Part shown: piece by piece, positions 15,736 through 24,856 of the stretch
How the letters are laid out: every line of letters starts with the position of its first letter
Position numbering within the stretch: position 1 is the stretch's first letter
Source of the DNA: a virus
Taxonomy: Duplodnaviria; Caudoviricetes
Length of the DNA stretch: 64,000 bases
Reading direction: 5' to 3' (one strand)
Virus record (IMG/VR): IMGVR_UViG_3300043399_000339
Location: 523 to 64,522 of that record
Made by a program: the position numbers and the translations under genes
The notes under the pieces: generated by a model
Database searches by the model: none
Told to the model about the DNA's origin: nothing
What the model saw: the letters and a program-made list of their open reading frames with translations, nothing else

Positions 15736-18582
15736 GTGATCGACTTCTTTCAGTCCGTACTGCCTTCGTCCGGCTCCTACTGCATAGTAGGAATCAATCA
15801 GGGACGACTCAGGCACAGCTTCTACAACTCGCTGGAAGCCGCAGAAGACCGGGCAACCGCGCTTGACGCCGCCGGCGTAGACGCCTACTTTGCCCTCGCT
15901 ACCTTTGACCAAGAAAGCCGTAAGGCGGAGCATTCTGTAGCCCTGCGTTGCTTCTTCGCCGACATTGACTGCGGCCCCAACAAACCATACCCGGATCAAG
16001 CAGCTGCCGCTGTCGCGCTGCGTGCGTTCCTTACGGCGTCTGGGCTGCCCGAGCCGACCGTTGTGAACTCTGGTGGTGGCTTGCATGTGTACTGGCCGCT
16101 CACCGAAGACCTGCCCACCGCCACGTGGAAGCCAGCCGCCGAGGCGTTCAAGCGCCTGTGCGTGCAACACAAGCTGGCTATCGACCTCTCCTGCAGCGCC
16201 GACGCTGCCCGCATCCTGCGCGTTCCTGGCACCAACAACTACAAGCAAGCCACGCCGCGCCCCGTTCAGATCATCTCAGCTGGCAAGCCGACCGCATTCT
16301 CGGAGCTCCGCAAGCTCCTGCCGGCCGTGGCCGACCTTGCCATCGCCAGCTCGTTCGGAGTCGACGAGACCACTAAGGCCATCGCCACAGGCGAACTGCC
16401 GCCCAGCAGCTTCGCCAAGATTGTGCGCCGCAGCATAAAAGGCAGCGGGTGCGCGCAGATCGCGCAGGCTGTGACCGAGGCAGCCACCCTTGAGGAGCCG
16501 CTATGGCGCGCGGCGCTGTCTATTGCCTGGAACTGCGAGGACGGCAGTCGTGCGGTGCACAAGCTGTCGCAACCCCACCCGGAGTACAACCCTGAAGACA
16601 CAGTGGCCAAGGCCGAGCGCCTGACTGGAAAGCCGTACACCTGCGAGTGGTACCGCCTGAACAACCCCTCCAAGTGCGAAGGCTGCACCCACAAGGTGAC
16701 CAGCCCGATCGTGCTGGGCACGTTCATCCCCGAGGCCAAGACCGACGATGACGGCGCTGTGCCTGTGCAGGCACCGGTCGAAGCGCTCCATGACGGCCAA
16801 GTGCAGTTCGTGGACGTCAAGATTCCTCCCCTGCCAAAAGGCTTCTTCCGCGGCGAGAACGGTGGCATCTACATCCGCAAGCTCGGCGACGACGGCGAAG
16901 AGGAGCACATCGAGGTGTATGCCCACGACCTCTACGTGACTGAGCGTTATTACGACTCGGACGAGAGCGGCGACGGCGACGGTGAGCTGGTGTCTATCAA
17001 CCTGCACTTGCCGCAAGATGGCTTGCGCCGGTTCTCTGCCCCGCTCACAAGCCTGTTCTCCACGGACAAGCTGCGGGACACCCTTGTCAAGCACGGCGTC
17101 GTTATTTACGGTAAGCAAGTAGGATTAGTCATGGCATATCTAGCGGCATCAGTTAGCAAACTGCAATCTAGTGTGCGGTCTAGCCGCACTCGCAATCAAA
17201 TGGGGTGGACCACCGAAAACACGTTTGTGGTCGGTGAGTTGGAATACACGCCGTCCGGCGTCACGCTCGCGCCACCCGCAAGCGGCATCCGGCAACTCGC
17301 CCCCAAGTTCCACCAAAAGGGCACGCTGGAAGAGTGGAAGACCGTGATCGACTTCTACAACCGCCCGGGCATGGAGCTGCACGCCTTTGCCTTCTTCGTC
17401 GGCGCCGGCTCTCCGCTTCTGCAGCTGCTGAACAACCAGCAGGTTCGCGGCGCCGTGGTCAACTTGGTCTCCAACGGGTCGGGCACTGGCAAGACCACAG
17501 CCCAGATGGCCATCAACTCGCTTTACGGGCACCCCAGCGAGCTCTTGATGACGCAGAACGATACGTTCAACGCGAAGCTGCACAACCTCGGCATGCTCAA
17601 CAGCCTGTGCATGACGGTGGACGAAATCACCAGTGAGACACCTGAGCGGCTGTCGGCGCTCGTCTACGGCGCAACTAGCGGCCGCGCAGCGCACCGCATG
17701 GAAGCCCAGTCGAACAAGCTGCGCAACAACAAGACCACGTGGTGCACCATCATGGTCACGTCGAGCAACGCCGTGCTGTCAGAGGCGATTCTGGTGCACA
17801 AAGCCGCGGCCGACGGTGAGCTCAAGCGGATCATTGACCTGCACATGCCGACCCCGTCGGACGTTACGAAGCAAGAGTCGGACCTCGTGTTCCGCAAGCT
17901 GGGCTACAACTACGGGGTCGCCGGCCCGATCTTCATTCAGCACGTCGTTGCCAACCGCGACGAGGTGTGCCGGCAGCTGGAGTCCCTGCAGGTCAAGCTG
18001 GATCAGGCGATGGGCCTGGAGCGCAGTGACCGGTTCTACTCGGCGACGTTCACCGTGGCGATGATGGCGGCGCGCATCATGGAGCGCCTGGGCCTGCACT
18101 CGATCGACATCAAGCGGGTGTTCACCGCCGCTATGGCCGCAGTGGCTGCCAACAAAGAGAGCTCATCCAAGGCCGTCGGGCAACCGCAGGCGCTGGCGCT
18201 GGAGACCCTGTCTCAGTTCATCACGCAGAACGTCGGCAACACCCTGGTCATCAACAGCGAGGCCAGCAATACCGCTACGGTGGACATGCCGCGCGGCCCG
18301 CTGCGCATCCGGTACGAGCCCGACACGCAAGAGATGGTCATCGTGGCCTCCGACCTGCGTAGCTTCTTCGTGGACCGCCGCGTGGACTTCCGCAGCAGCA
18401 TCCAGCAGTTCATCAACATGGGCGCGCTCAAAGTCAGCAAGGAAGGCTCCCCAACCATGACGCGTAGGCCAGCCGCCGGCGCCCACGGTTCGCTGAAGGG
18501 CGCTCCGACCCGGTGCTACGTGTTCAATGCAGAAGTTCTCGGCGTGCAGAAGCTGCTCGATGACGAATCCGAAGCTGAATGA
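15736..18582 (+). CDS. Primase-helicase (AEP/RepB-like primase + DUF927-type ATPase)
   Basis: FADIDCG, SGGGLHVYW, RILRVPGT.N; C..C.H Zn site; SGTGKTT Walker A; VDE Walker B. Confidence 0.9.
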   Translation: MIDFFQSVLPSSGSYCIVGINQGRLRHSFYNSLEAAEDRATALDAAGVDAYFALATFDQESRKAEHSVALRCFFADIDCGPNKPYPDQAAAAVALRAFLTASGLPEPTVVNSGGGLHVYWPLTEDLPTATWKPAAEAFKRLCVQHKLAIDLSCSADAARILRVPGTNNYKQATPRPVQIISAGKPTAFSELRKLLPAVADLAIASSFGVDETTKAIATGELPPSSFAKIVRRSIKGSGCAQIAQAVTEAATLEEPLWRAALSIAWNCEDGSRAVHKLSQPHPEYNPEDTVAKAERLTGKPYTCEWYRLNNPSKCEGCTHKVTSPIVLGTFIPEAKTDDDGAVPVQAPVEALHDGQVQFVDVKIPPLPKGFFRGENGGIYIRKLGDDGEEEHIEVYAHDLYVTERYYDSDESGDGDGELVSINLHLPQDGLRRFSAPLTSLFSTDKLRDTLVKHGVVIYGKQVGLVMAYLAASVSKLQSSVRSSRTRNQMGWTTENTFVVGELEYTPSGVTLAPPASGIRQLAPKFHQKGTLEEWKTVIDFYNRPGMELHAFAFFVGAGSPLLQLLNNQQVRGAVVNLVSNGSGTGKTTAQMAINSLYGHPSELLMTQNDTFNAKLHNLGMLNSLCMTVDEITSETPERLSALVYGATSGRAAHRMEAQSNKLRNNKTTWCTIMVTSSNAVLSEAILVHKAAADGELKRIIDLHMPTPSDVTKQESDLVFRKLGYNYGVAGPIFIQHVVANRDEVCRQLESLQVKLDQAMGLERSDRFYSATFTVAMMAARIMERLGLHSIDIKRVFTAAMAAVAANKESSSKAVGQPQALALETLSQFITQNVGNTLVINSEASNTATVDMPRGPLRIRYEPDTQEMVIVASDLRSFFVDRRVDFRSSIQQFINMGALKVSKEGSPTMTRRPAAGAHGSLKGAPTRCYVFNAEVLGVQKLLDDESEAE

Positions 18583-18793
18583 CCTGCAGGTGCTCAACAT
18601 CTTCGGGGCGGATTACTTCATAGACTGGCCCCGACTGCAGCGGGGCATGTCGTTCTTCCTCCCTACAACAGCTACGGCTAGGCAAGTGCAAACCGCGCTG
18701 CGGCCGGTGGCTACTGCGTTCAACTACGAGTTTGCGACCCGACCCCGGTGCGAGTATGGGCGCTACGGGGTCAGGGTCTGGCGCGTTCGTTAG
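18560..18793 (+). CDS. Small conserved phage protein
   Basis: W..L..GMSFF.P...GVRVWRV. Confidence 0.7.
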   Translation: MTNPKLNDLQVLNIFGADYFIDWPRLQRGMSFFLPTTATARQVQTALRPVATAFNYEFATRPRCEYGRYGVRVWRVR

Positions 18794-21700
18794 AGCTGTG
18801 CGGCGGCCCGCAGCTCGCGCAGCGGGAAGTCCTTGAGCAGCTCGGTCTCGGCAGCCTCCAGCTCCTGCAGCAGCTCCATCTTCTGCGCCCCAGTCAGCTC
18901 AGTCGCCGGCGCGGCGTTCACCGCGCGCTTCTCGCGCCGAATCTCAGCCAGGGTGCGGGCGGCGTCCTCGACGGTCTCGACCACTGCCAGACGGGCAGCA
19001 ACCTTCTCATCCTGGGTGTAGCCTTCCAGCAGCTGCGGAGCGCGGCGCTCCAGGGCGTCGGACGTCACCTTGACCTTACGCACAGCGTCGCGGAGCTCGA
19101 AGAAGTCGGCCTCCAGGCCGGACTCGTTGCTCTTGGTGACCACCGCGCCGAGACCTGGGAACGACGCCACCGCGTCGCGGAAGGTCATGTCCGCGCGCTC
19201 GACTTGCCCCACTGGGCCCAGCAGGAAGTTGGTGGCGTACAGCGCGAGCCCGCCGACAGAGCCGAAGTACCCGCGGATGACATGGTCCAGCGCGATCGGC
19301 GAGACGTTGTCCCGGCCGAACATGGGCGCCAGCGCCTTGGACAGCTCCGACGTGCTGTCGTTGTACTGCATGAACTTTTCCTGCTGCGCCTCGTAAGGGC
19401 CGATCAGCGCGCGCTTCGTGAAGAAGTTGTAGTTGGTCGCGACTTCAGCAGTCGGCTTGAGCACTTGCGGCACCGCGGTCGGGCTGAGCACCGTATCCAG
19501 CAGGGCGTCACGCATGGCCTTCTTGAACTTGGCCGGGTCAGTCGTGCCGTTGTCCACCAGCGTGTTCCACAGGTACTCGCCAGTGATTTTGGGCATCAGG
19601 AACACGTCAGGGCGCAGCGGGATGCCGACGCCGAGACCCGGCACGAGCAGCATCCGGTCCCGCTTGTAGGCAGGGATTTCCTCGTACTCGTCGTCGCCGC
19701 TCACCAGCGCCGCGTAGACAAACGACATGGCCATCGTGGCTGCCGTCATCTGGGCCAAGGTCTTGAAATGGTCCGCACGCTGCGTCGGCGACAGGCCCTC
19801 TCCAGTAGCCGTTTTGGCAACCACGTGGGTGGCGGCCAGATACGCGTTGAAGAACGGGATTAGCTGCGCGGCAACCGTCAAGGTGCCGCTGCGGCCGCGG
19901 TAGCGGAAGTTGATGATGTCCGCCGCCTTCTTCATGGCCTCTGCGCGGCTCAGGCCCTGCTCCAGCGAAGCCTCGTAGACCGCTTGCCGCACCGCGTTGT
20001 CCGACGCCATGGAGATATGGTGCAGTGCACCAAGCACTCGCTGTTTGAACCCAGGTGATCCCTTCACGCCGGCCGCCACCTCGAAGTCATTACGCCGAGT
20101 CGCCGCAGAGGCGTCTTTCTGGCCGGCGATACCGTAGCGGCGCAGCGCCTCGTGGGTCTGGCTGGTTCCTCGCAGGGTCTTGACGAACTCCTTGACCGCC
20201 CGTGCCGGAATGGTCATCGCGTAGCGCGGCTTCAACCCCGACGTGAACATCGCAGCGAACGAGTCTTGCGGCACCTGAAGCACCGGGAACAGGGGGAACA
20301 GCACCACGCTTTGGCGCAGCACGTTCGCAGTCTTGGTGGCCCAGTTCAGCGCTGGAATGGCTACACCCTCCATGCCTTGGAAGGCTTCCAGCACACCCGG
20401 GGTCTTGACGTCAAAGTAGTGCACGCGGCCGTCCCGGTACACGCGCGCCACGTTCATGCCGCGCTGCGGGGCTTCCACCTTCTCGGCTAGCCCGGTTTCC
20501 TGCAGAGCATCCAGCATGTCCGACGCCTTGCGGTTGCGCACGCCGCGCTCCACAGCGTATCGGGTCCAGCGGATCGTGTTGTCAAAGATGTCAGCCACAG
20601 GGCGGGTGGAGCCCTTCATGCGCTTGTCTGCCTGCACCATGAAGCTGGACATGAACTCCTTGGGCCCCTTGCCGGCTTCGGCTTGCTCGTCGCGGTAGAA
20701 CGGCACGTAGGCTGCGCGGTCCAGCAGAGCGTCGGCTTCTTCGCGGGAGTACATCCCGCTCTCAACCATCAGGTCCAGCGTATTGCCACGGATGCCGTCC
20801 CAAATCTTCGTGGCTTCGCGCAGCTCAGGGATCGTGTTGTAGAGCTCCAAGCCGCGGCGGACTTCGTCCGGAGTGCGCTGCAGCAGTTTGACTCGCTCTC
20901 GCGTGGCTTTGGCAGCCGCCTTGTTTCCGGCAGCCTCTTGGCGCGCCGCGATGTTCTCCAGGCGGTTGTTCTCGTCGTTCAGGGCCTGCGTGCGCGCCGC
21001 CTCGGTGGCAAAGTGCCACATGCGCTCCACCTCAGCGGTATCGAGCCCGTACTTTTGCGCGATTCCAGCGAATTTGGCCGACAGGTTGTTGAAGTTGTAC
21101 TGCGACTTGACCGTCTTCCAGTTGTGCGTCTCGGCGTCATAGCGCGCGGCTCCGTCAGACATGTACTGGTCGGCGAAGTTATCGCTGTGCACAGCAGCGT
21201 GCGTAGACACGCGCAGCAGCATGTCAGTGACCTGCGGGGAGGTCATGTTGGCAGCGATCGCAGCGCGGCGAACTTCGCTCTGCAGCGTAGCGTCCGTGGA
21301 CCACACGAGGTTACTGAACCGGTTGTAGATGTTGCGGGCCGACTCCCGCAGCGAGCGGGTGGCCTGTTGCGGGTTCTGCAGCGTGCTGGTGATCGCCTCG
21401 CGCGCCTTTTGCGTCAAGGTCGGGTCCGGCTCTTGGGGCTTGCCGAGCGAGTCCGCCAGCTCACGTGCGCGCTGTGCGGGGGCAGCAAGCGACTGGCTCG
21501 CCGGCGCGCCGCCCACCTGCGGGGTATCGAACCATGCGTCAGCCGCGCCAGGGCCCATGGCGTCGAGGAACTTTGCCACCGACTCCGCAGGTACGTATTT
21601 CTTGCCTTGCACGGCTGCCGCCAGCTTGCGCAGCTGAACCGCCAGCGCCGAGAAGAATCGCTCCACCAGACCGACCGGCTTTTCCGACGTGGTTGCCCAA

Positions 21701-24700
21701 CGGGACGTGTTGTCTGCAAACCATTCCGCAAAGCTCTTCCAGTACGACGACAGATCATCAGCTTGGAGAACCTGCGGGGTCTTGGCGATAGTTTCTGCCG
21801 CAGACTCGCGGTTACGCAGGCTGTCGATCAAATCTCGGGCCGACTTGCCTTTGGTACTACGGAGCCACTGCTCAAACTCTTTCTTGACCGCCGCTTTGGT
21901 GGCCGCAGGGGCGTTGTTGTACGCGACCTTCTCAATCAGGTGCCCAAGCTCGTGCGTCAGCACTTCAATAGTGCGCGCTTCCGACATACCGGGCTTGACC
22001 GAAATGTAAAAGTCTTTTTTGTCCCGCCCAAACTGGCGAACCGATCCGTTCTCATTGGCATCTAGCCCAGCCGACATTGCAGAGTAGTACGGGCCGTACA
22101 AGTTGTAGGCAGCTTGGCCTTGGCGCGCGGCGTCAGGATGCAGCAAAAAGACCCGTACGCGGCCTAGCCCCATGGCCTGCATAAGGTCAGCCAAGTACGC
22201 GGTGTACCTCGGGTCTACGTCTGCGGTCGCCGCCACATTACTAACGGCTCCAGTAAATGGGCCGTCGGGAGCTGCCGCCGCCGCGTCCGCCTGAGCCTGC
22301 ACGTCAGAAGCCTTAGCCTTCAGCAGCTCTGCGCGCTCGTTAGCCGAGAACAGGTCGCCCGTGTACGACTCAATGTCCATGCGCGTGCGCAACCCGCCGT
22401 CGCGTTTGACGCCTACATAAACAGCACCGCCGGTAAACGCGCTGTACCCGCGCACGAGGGCAACCGCTTCGGATACAGGAATGACTACACCGCCGAGGTC
22501 TTTGGCGTGCCCAGCAACCCAGGAGGAATCAATCGGTGCAGGAGCGGGGGGCTCGACGGGCGCAGGGGGCTCGACGGGCGCAGGGGGCTCGACCGGAGCG
22601 CGGGCTGGGGTAGGCTCCGAGGTGGGTGCCGGAGCAGCCTTAGCGCGCGGCTTGCGCGGAGCCCGCAGGTCCAAGGCCTCCTGTGCCGACTTGGCGCGCG
22701 CGACGTCTGGCACCTGCCTCCAGGCGTCGGCCAGCTGTGCTTGGCGTTCTTGCTCCGCACGCTGCGCTGCGGCGCGCTCCATGTCGGCTTGATACCCAAC
22801 GGGCTCGGGGAATAGCGGCAGCTGGCCGCCAACCGGCACGGGCGCCGGCAGCTCGAAGTCTTCTGCCGCACTGGCTTCCGCCGGCTGGGCCTCGGGCTCC
22901 GCCCGACGGGCCGCACGGGCCCGTGCTTCCGCGGCTCGCAGCGCCCGCTCGAACTCCGCCACCGGCATCATCTTGGCCACAAAGTCGCCGACAGCTTCGT
23001 TGTCCGGGTCGCTTGGCGTCTGCTGTACACGCACCAGCTCGTCCATGGCCGCGTCGAACTCAGCCTGAGTAGTGGCCGTCTGCAGCGCGCTTAGTGGAGC
23101 GGGAGTACCTCCCGCCACTGCATTGTCTGCACCAGCAGGTTGCTCACCAGCTCCCACTCCGGCCCCGTCAAGTGGCTCAGCTCCGGCGGCACCGGCAGCT
23201 CCGGGTCCTCCATCGCTAGGTACGCCCACGCCAAACTCAGCTGTTGGTCGTTGATCCTCTGGCTCAGGTCGAAGTGCACTTCCAGCGGGCGCTGGAGCGG
23301 GTTCTGGGTAGATCGTGTCAAAGATATCTCCACGGACAAGTTGGCGTTTGCCGACAAACTCGTCGCGCCGTGCGCGAGCCTCCGCCGGGTCGAGGTTCAG
23401 GATGCCAGACAAGAATTCCTGGCCGCGTTTGGTCTTGGCCCAGTTCAACGTGCTGGGGGGCAGGACGTCTTCGGTCAAGCTCGGGTGCGTTAGCAGCTCC
23501 GGCTTCTTGCGCTTGGTAGGCTCCGGGATGTTGTCTGGTTGCGGTGCAGCAGAAGGCCCCCCGAGGTCCATAGGCTCGGCCGTAGTCGGCATGCCAGCAG
23601 GAGTGCGGCGCAGCGGCAGCCGCATTTGGCCAGCGGTTTCGAGGTCTGCCGCAGTCGGCGCCGTCGGCTCGGGCTCTGGCTGCACAGGCAAAGTGCCCGG
23701 CATACCCATACCGCCGAACTCCATCTGCTGGGGCTCGGTCGCGGCAAACGCGCTGGTGCGCGCCATCTCGGCATCCATGGCCTCTTGCGCAGCGCGGGCG
23801 CGTTCGGTTTCCACCGCCGACTTGACCTGCTCACCTTGCAGCTTACGGATGGCTTCGATTTCGGCGCGCTGCGCGGGCCCGACCGGCTGCGCGAGAATGG
23901 CCTGCTTGCGCTTTTCCAGTTCTTCGTACGTGAGAGCGGCGAGATCAGCTTCAGGCACCGGTTCGGGTTCTGCAGTGCGCGCTGCCTGCTCCGCAGCCCG
24001 GGCGGCTTCTCGCTCCCGTTGCGCTACGTCCTCGGCAGTTTCCGCCGGAGCAGCGGGGGCTGCGCCGCGCGCGCGGCGGCCAAGAGCCAAGTCCAGCACG
24101 CCTTGTGCGATCGCACCGACGGCGCCGCCGTAGGCAGCCTGCTCGCCAAGCCCCTCGATCAGCTGCTGCTCAGGCTTGTAAACGCCTTTGGCAATCAGGT
24201 TCTGTGCGAAGCCCGACGCGGCTTCCTGCGCGGCTTCTTCTCCGCCGGCCAGCAGTGCGCGCTTGACCAGCTGGACGCCAGTGGCCGTGACATCGGGCGG
24301 CAGGCGGCCGACGATGCGGAACGGCGCGAACACTTCCAAGGCGCCAGGAATGATGCCGAGGCCGGTTGCGGCCGCGCGCTCTTCTGCCGTGGCACCCGCT
24401 TGCTCTGCGCGCGTGCGGGCCTCTCCGGCACCAGCCCCGATACCAAGGGACGCTGCAGCGGCCATGCCCGGCAGACCGAACGGTGCCGCCGCCAGGATAG
24501 GGATCAGGGAGCCGCCGGCTTCGCCGAGCTTGCGGCCGATCGTTTGCTCGTACCCAGGAGCGGCAGCGAAGGGCGCCTTAGCAGCGCCGGCCACATCGGC
24601 AATGCCTTTGCGGACCGCGGGTTCGTACTCATCAGGCAGTAGGGCAGACGCGCCGATCGCGGCTTGCTCAACCAGACCCACCGCGCCGGGCACGAGGCCC

Positions 24701-24849
24701 TTGAACGCCTCTTTGACTTGACCTCCGACGGTTGGCTGCGGCGCGGATGCCGCCAGCATCCGCTTTACCGCTGCCTGAATGACGCTGGGTGGCGTGCCAT
24801 CAGGGAATTCAAGGATTCGTCCATCTGGCAGCTGCGCCTCAATCGTCAT
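18790..24849 (-). CDS. Large internal virion/DNA-ejection polyvalent protein (zincin HExxH, LPD38-like C-terminus)
   Basis: 2019 aa; LPDG..LEFPDGT N-terminus; THELGH..EWFAD; PFFNA...DDEYEEIP...D...IP motifs. Confidence 0.8.
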   Translation of the reverse strand: MTIEAQLPDGRILEFPDGTPPSVIQAAVKRMLAASAPQPTVGGQVKEAFKGLVPGAVGLVEQAAIGASALLPDEYEPAVRKGIADVAGAAKAPFAAAPGYEQTIGRKLGEAGGSLIPILAAAPFGLPGMAAAASLGIGAGAGEARTRAEQAGATAEERAAATGLGIIPGALEVFAPFRIVGRLPPDVTATGVQLVKRALLAGGEEAAQEAASGFAQNLIAKGVYKPEQQLIEGLGEQAAYGGAVGAIAQGVLDLALGRRARGAAPAAPAETAEDVAQREREAARAAEQAARTAEPEPVPEADLAALTYEELEKRKQAILAQPVGPAQRAEIEAIRKLQGEQVKSAVETERARAAQEAMDAEMARTSAFAATEPQQMEFGGMGMPGTLPVQPEPEPTAPTAADLETAGQMRLPLRRTPAGMPTTAEPMDLGGPSAAPQPDNIPEPTKRKKPELLTHPSLTEDVLPPSTLNWAKTKRGQEFLSGILNLDPAEARARRDEFVGKRQLVRGDIFDTIYPEPAPAPAGSALRPEPEDQRPTAEFGVGVPSDGGPGAAGAAGAEPLDGAGVGAGEQPAGADNAVAGGTPAPLSALQTATTQAEFDAAMDELVRVQQTPSDPDNEAVGDFVAKMMPVAEFERALRAAEARARAARRAEPEAQPAEASAAEDFELPAPVPVGGQLPLFPEPVGYQADMERAAAQRAEQERQAQLADAWRQVPDVARAKSAQEALDLRAPRKPRAKAAPAPTSEPTPARAPVEPPAPVEPPAPVEPPAPAPIDSSWVAGHAKDLGGVVIPVSEAVALVRGYSAFTGGAVYVGVKRDGGLRTRMDIESYTGDLFSANERAELLKAKASDVQAQADAAAAAPDGPFTGAVSNVAATADVDPRYTAYLADLMQAMGLGRVRVFLLHPDAARQGQAAYNLYGPYYSAMSAGLDANENGSVRQFGRDKKDFYISVKPGMSEARTIEVLTHELGHLIEKVAYNNAPAATKAAVKKEFEQWLRSTKGKSARDLIDSLRNRESAAETIAKTPQVLQADDLSSYWKSFAEWFADNTSRWATTSEKPVGLVERFFSALAVQLRKLAAAVQGKKYVPAESVAKFLDAMGPGAADAWFDTPQVGGAPASQSLAAPAQRARELADSLGKPQEPDPTLTQKAREAITSTLQNPQQATRSLRESARNIYNRFSNLVWSTDATLQSEVRRAAIAANMTSPQVTDMLLRVSTHAAVHSDNFADQYMSDGAARYDAETHNWKTVKSQYNFNNLSAKFAGIAQKYGLDTAEVERMWHFATEAARTQALNDENNRLENIAARQEAAGNKAAAKATRERVKLLQRTPDEVRRGLELYNTIPELREATKIWDGIRGNTLDLMVESGMYSREEADALLDRAAYVPFYRDEQAEAGKGPKEFMSSFMVQADKRMKGSTRPVADIFDNTIRWTRYAVERGVRNRKASDMLDALQETGLAEKVEAPQRGMNVARVYRDGRVHYFDVKTPGVLEAFQGMEGVAIPALNWATKTANVLRQSVVLFPLFPVLQVPQDSFAAMFTSGLKPRYAMTIPARAVKEFVKTLRGTSQTHEALRRYGIAGQKDASAATRRNDFEVAAGVKGSPGFKQRVLGALHHISMASDNAVRQAVYEASLEQGLSRAEAMKKAADIINFRYRGRSGTLTVAAQLIPFFNAYLAATHVVAKTATGEGLSPTQRADHFKTLAQMTAATMAMSFVYAALVSGDDEYEEIPAYKRDRMLLVPGLGVGIPLRPDVFLMPKITGEYLWNTLVDNGTTDPAKFKKAMRDALLDTVLSPTAVPQVLKPTAEVATNYNFFTKRALIGPYEAQQEKFMQYNDSTSELSKALAPMFGRDNVSPIALDHVIRGYFGSVGGLALYATNFLLGPVGQVERADMTFRDAVASFPGLGAVVTKSNESGLEADFFELRDAVRKVKVTSDALERRAPQLLEGYTQDEKVAARLAVVETVEDAARTLAEIRREKRAVNAAPATELTGAQKMELLQELEAAETELLKDFPLRELRAAAQL
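22544..22597 (-). repeat. 3x 18-bp coding repeat (PVEPPA)
   Basis: Tandem GGGGGCTCGAC-containing units. Confidence 0.8.
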
Positions 24850-24856
24850 AAAACCC

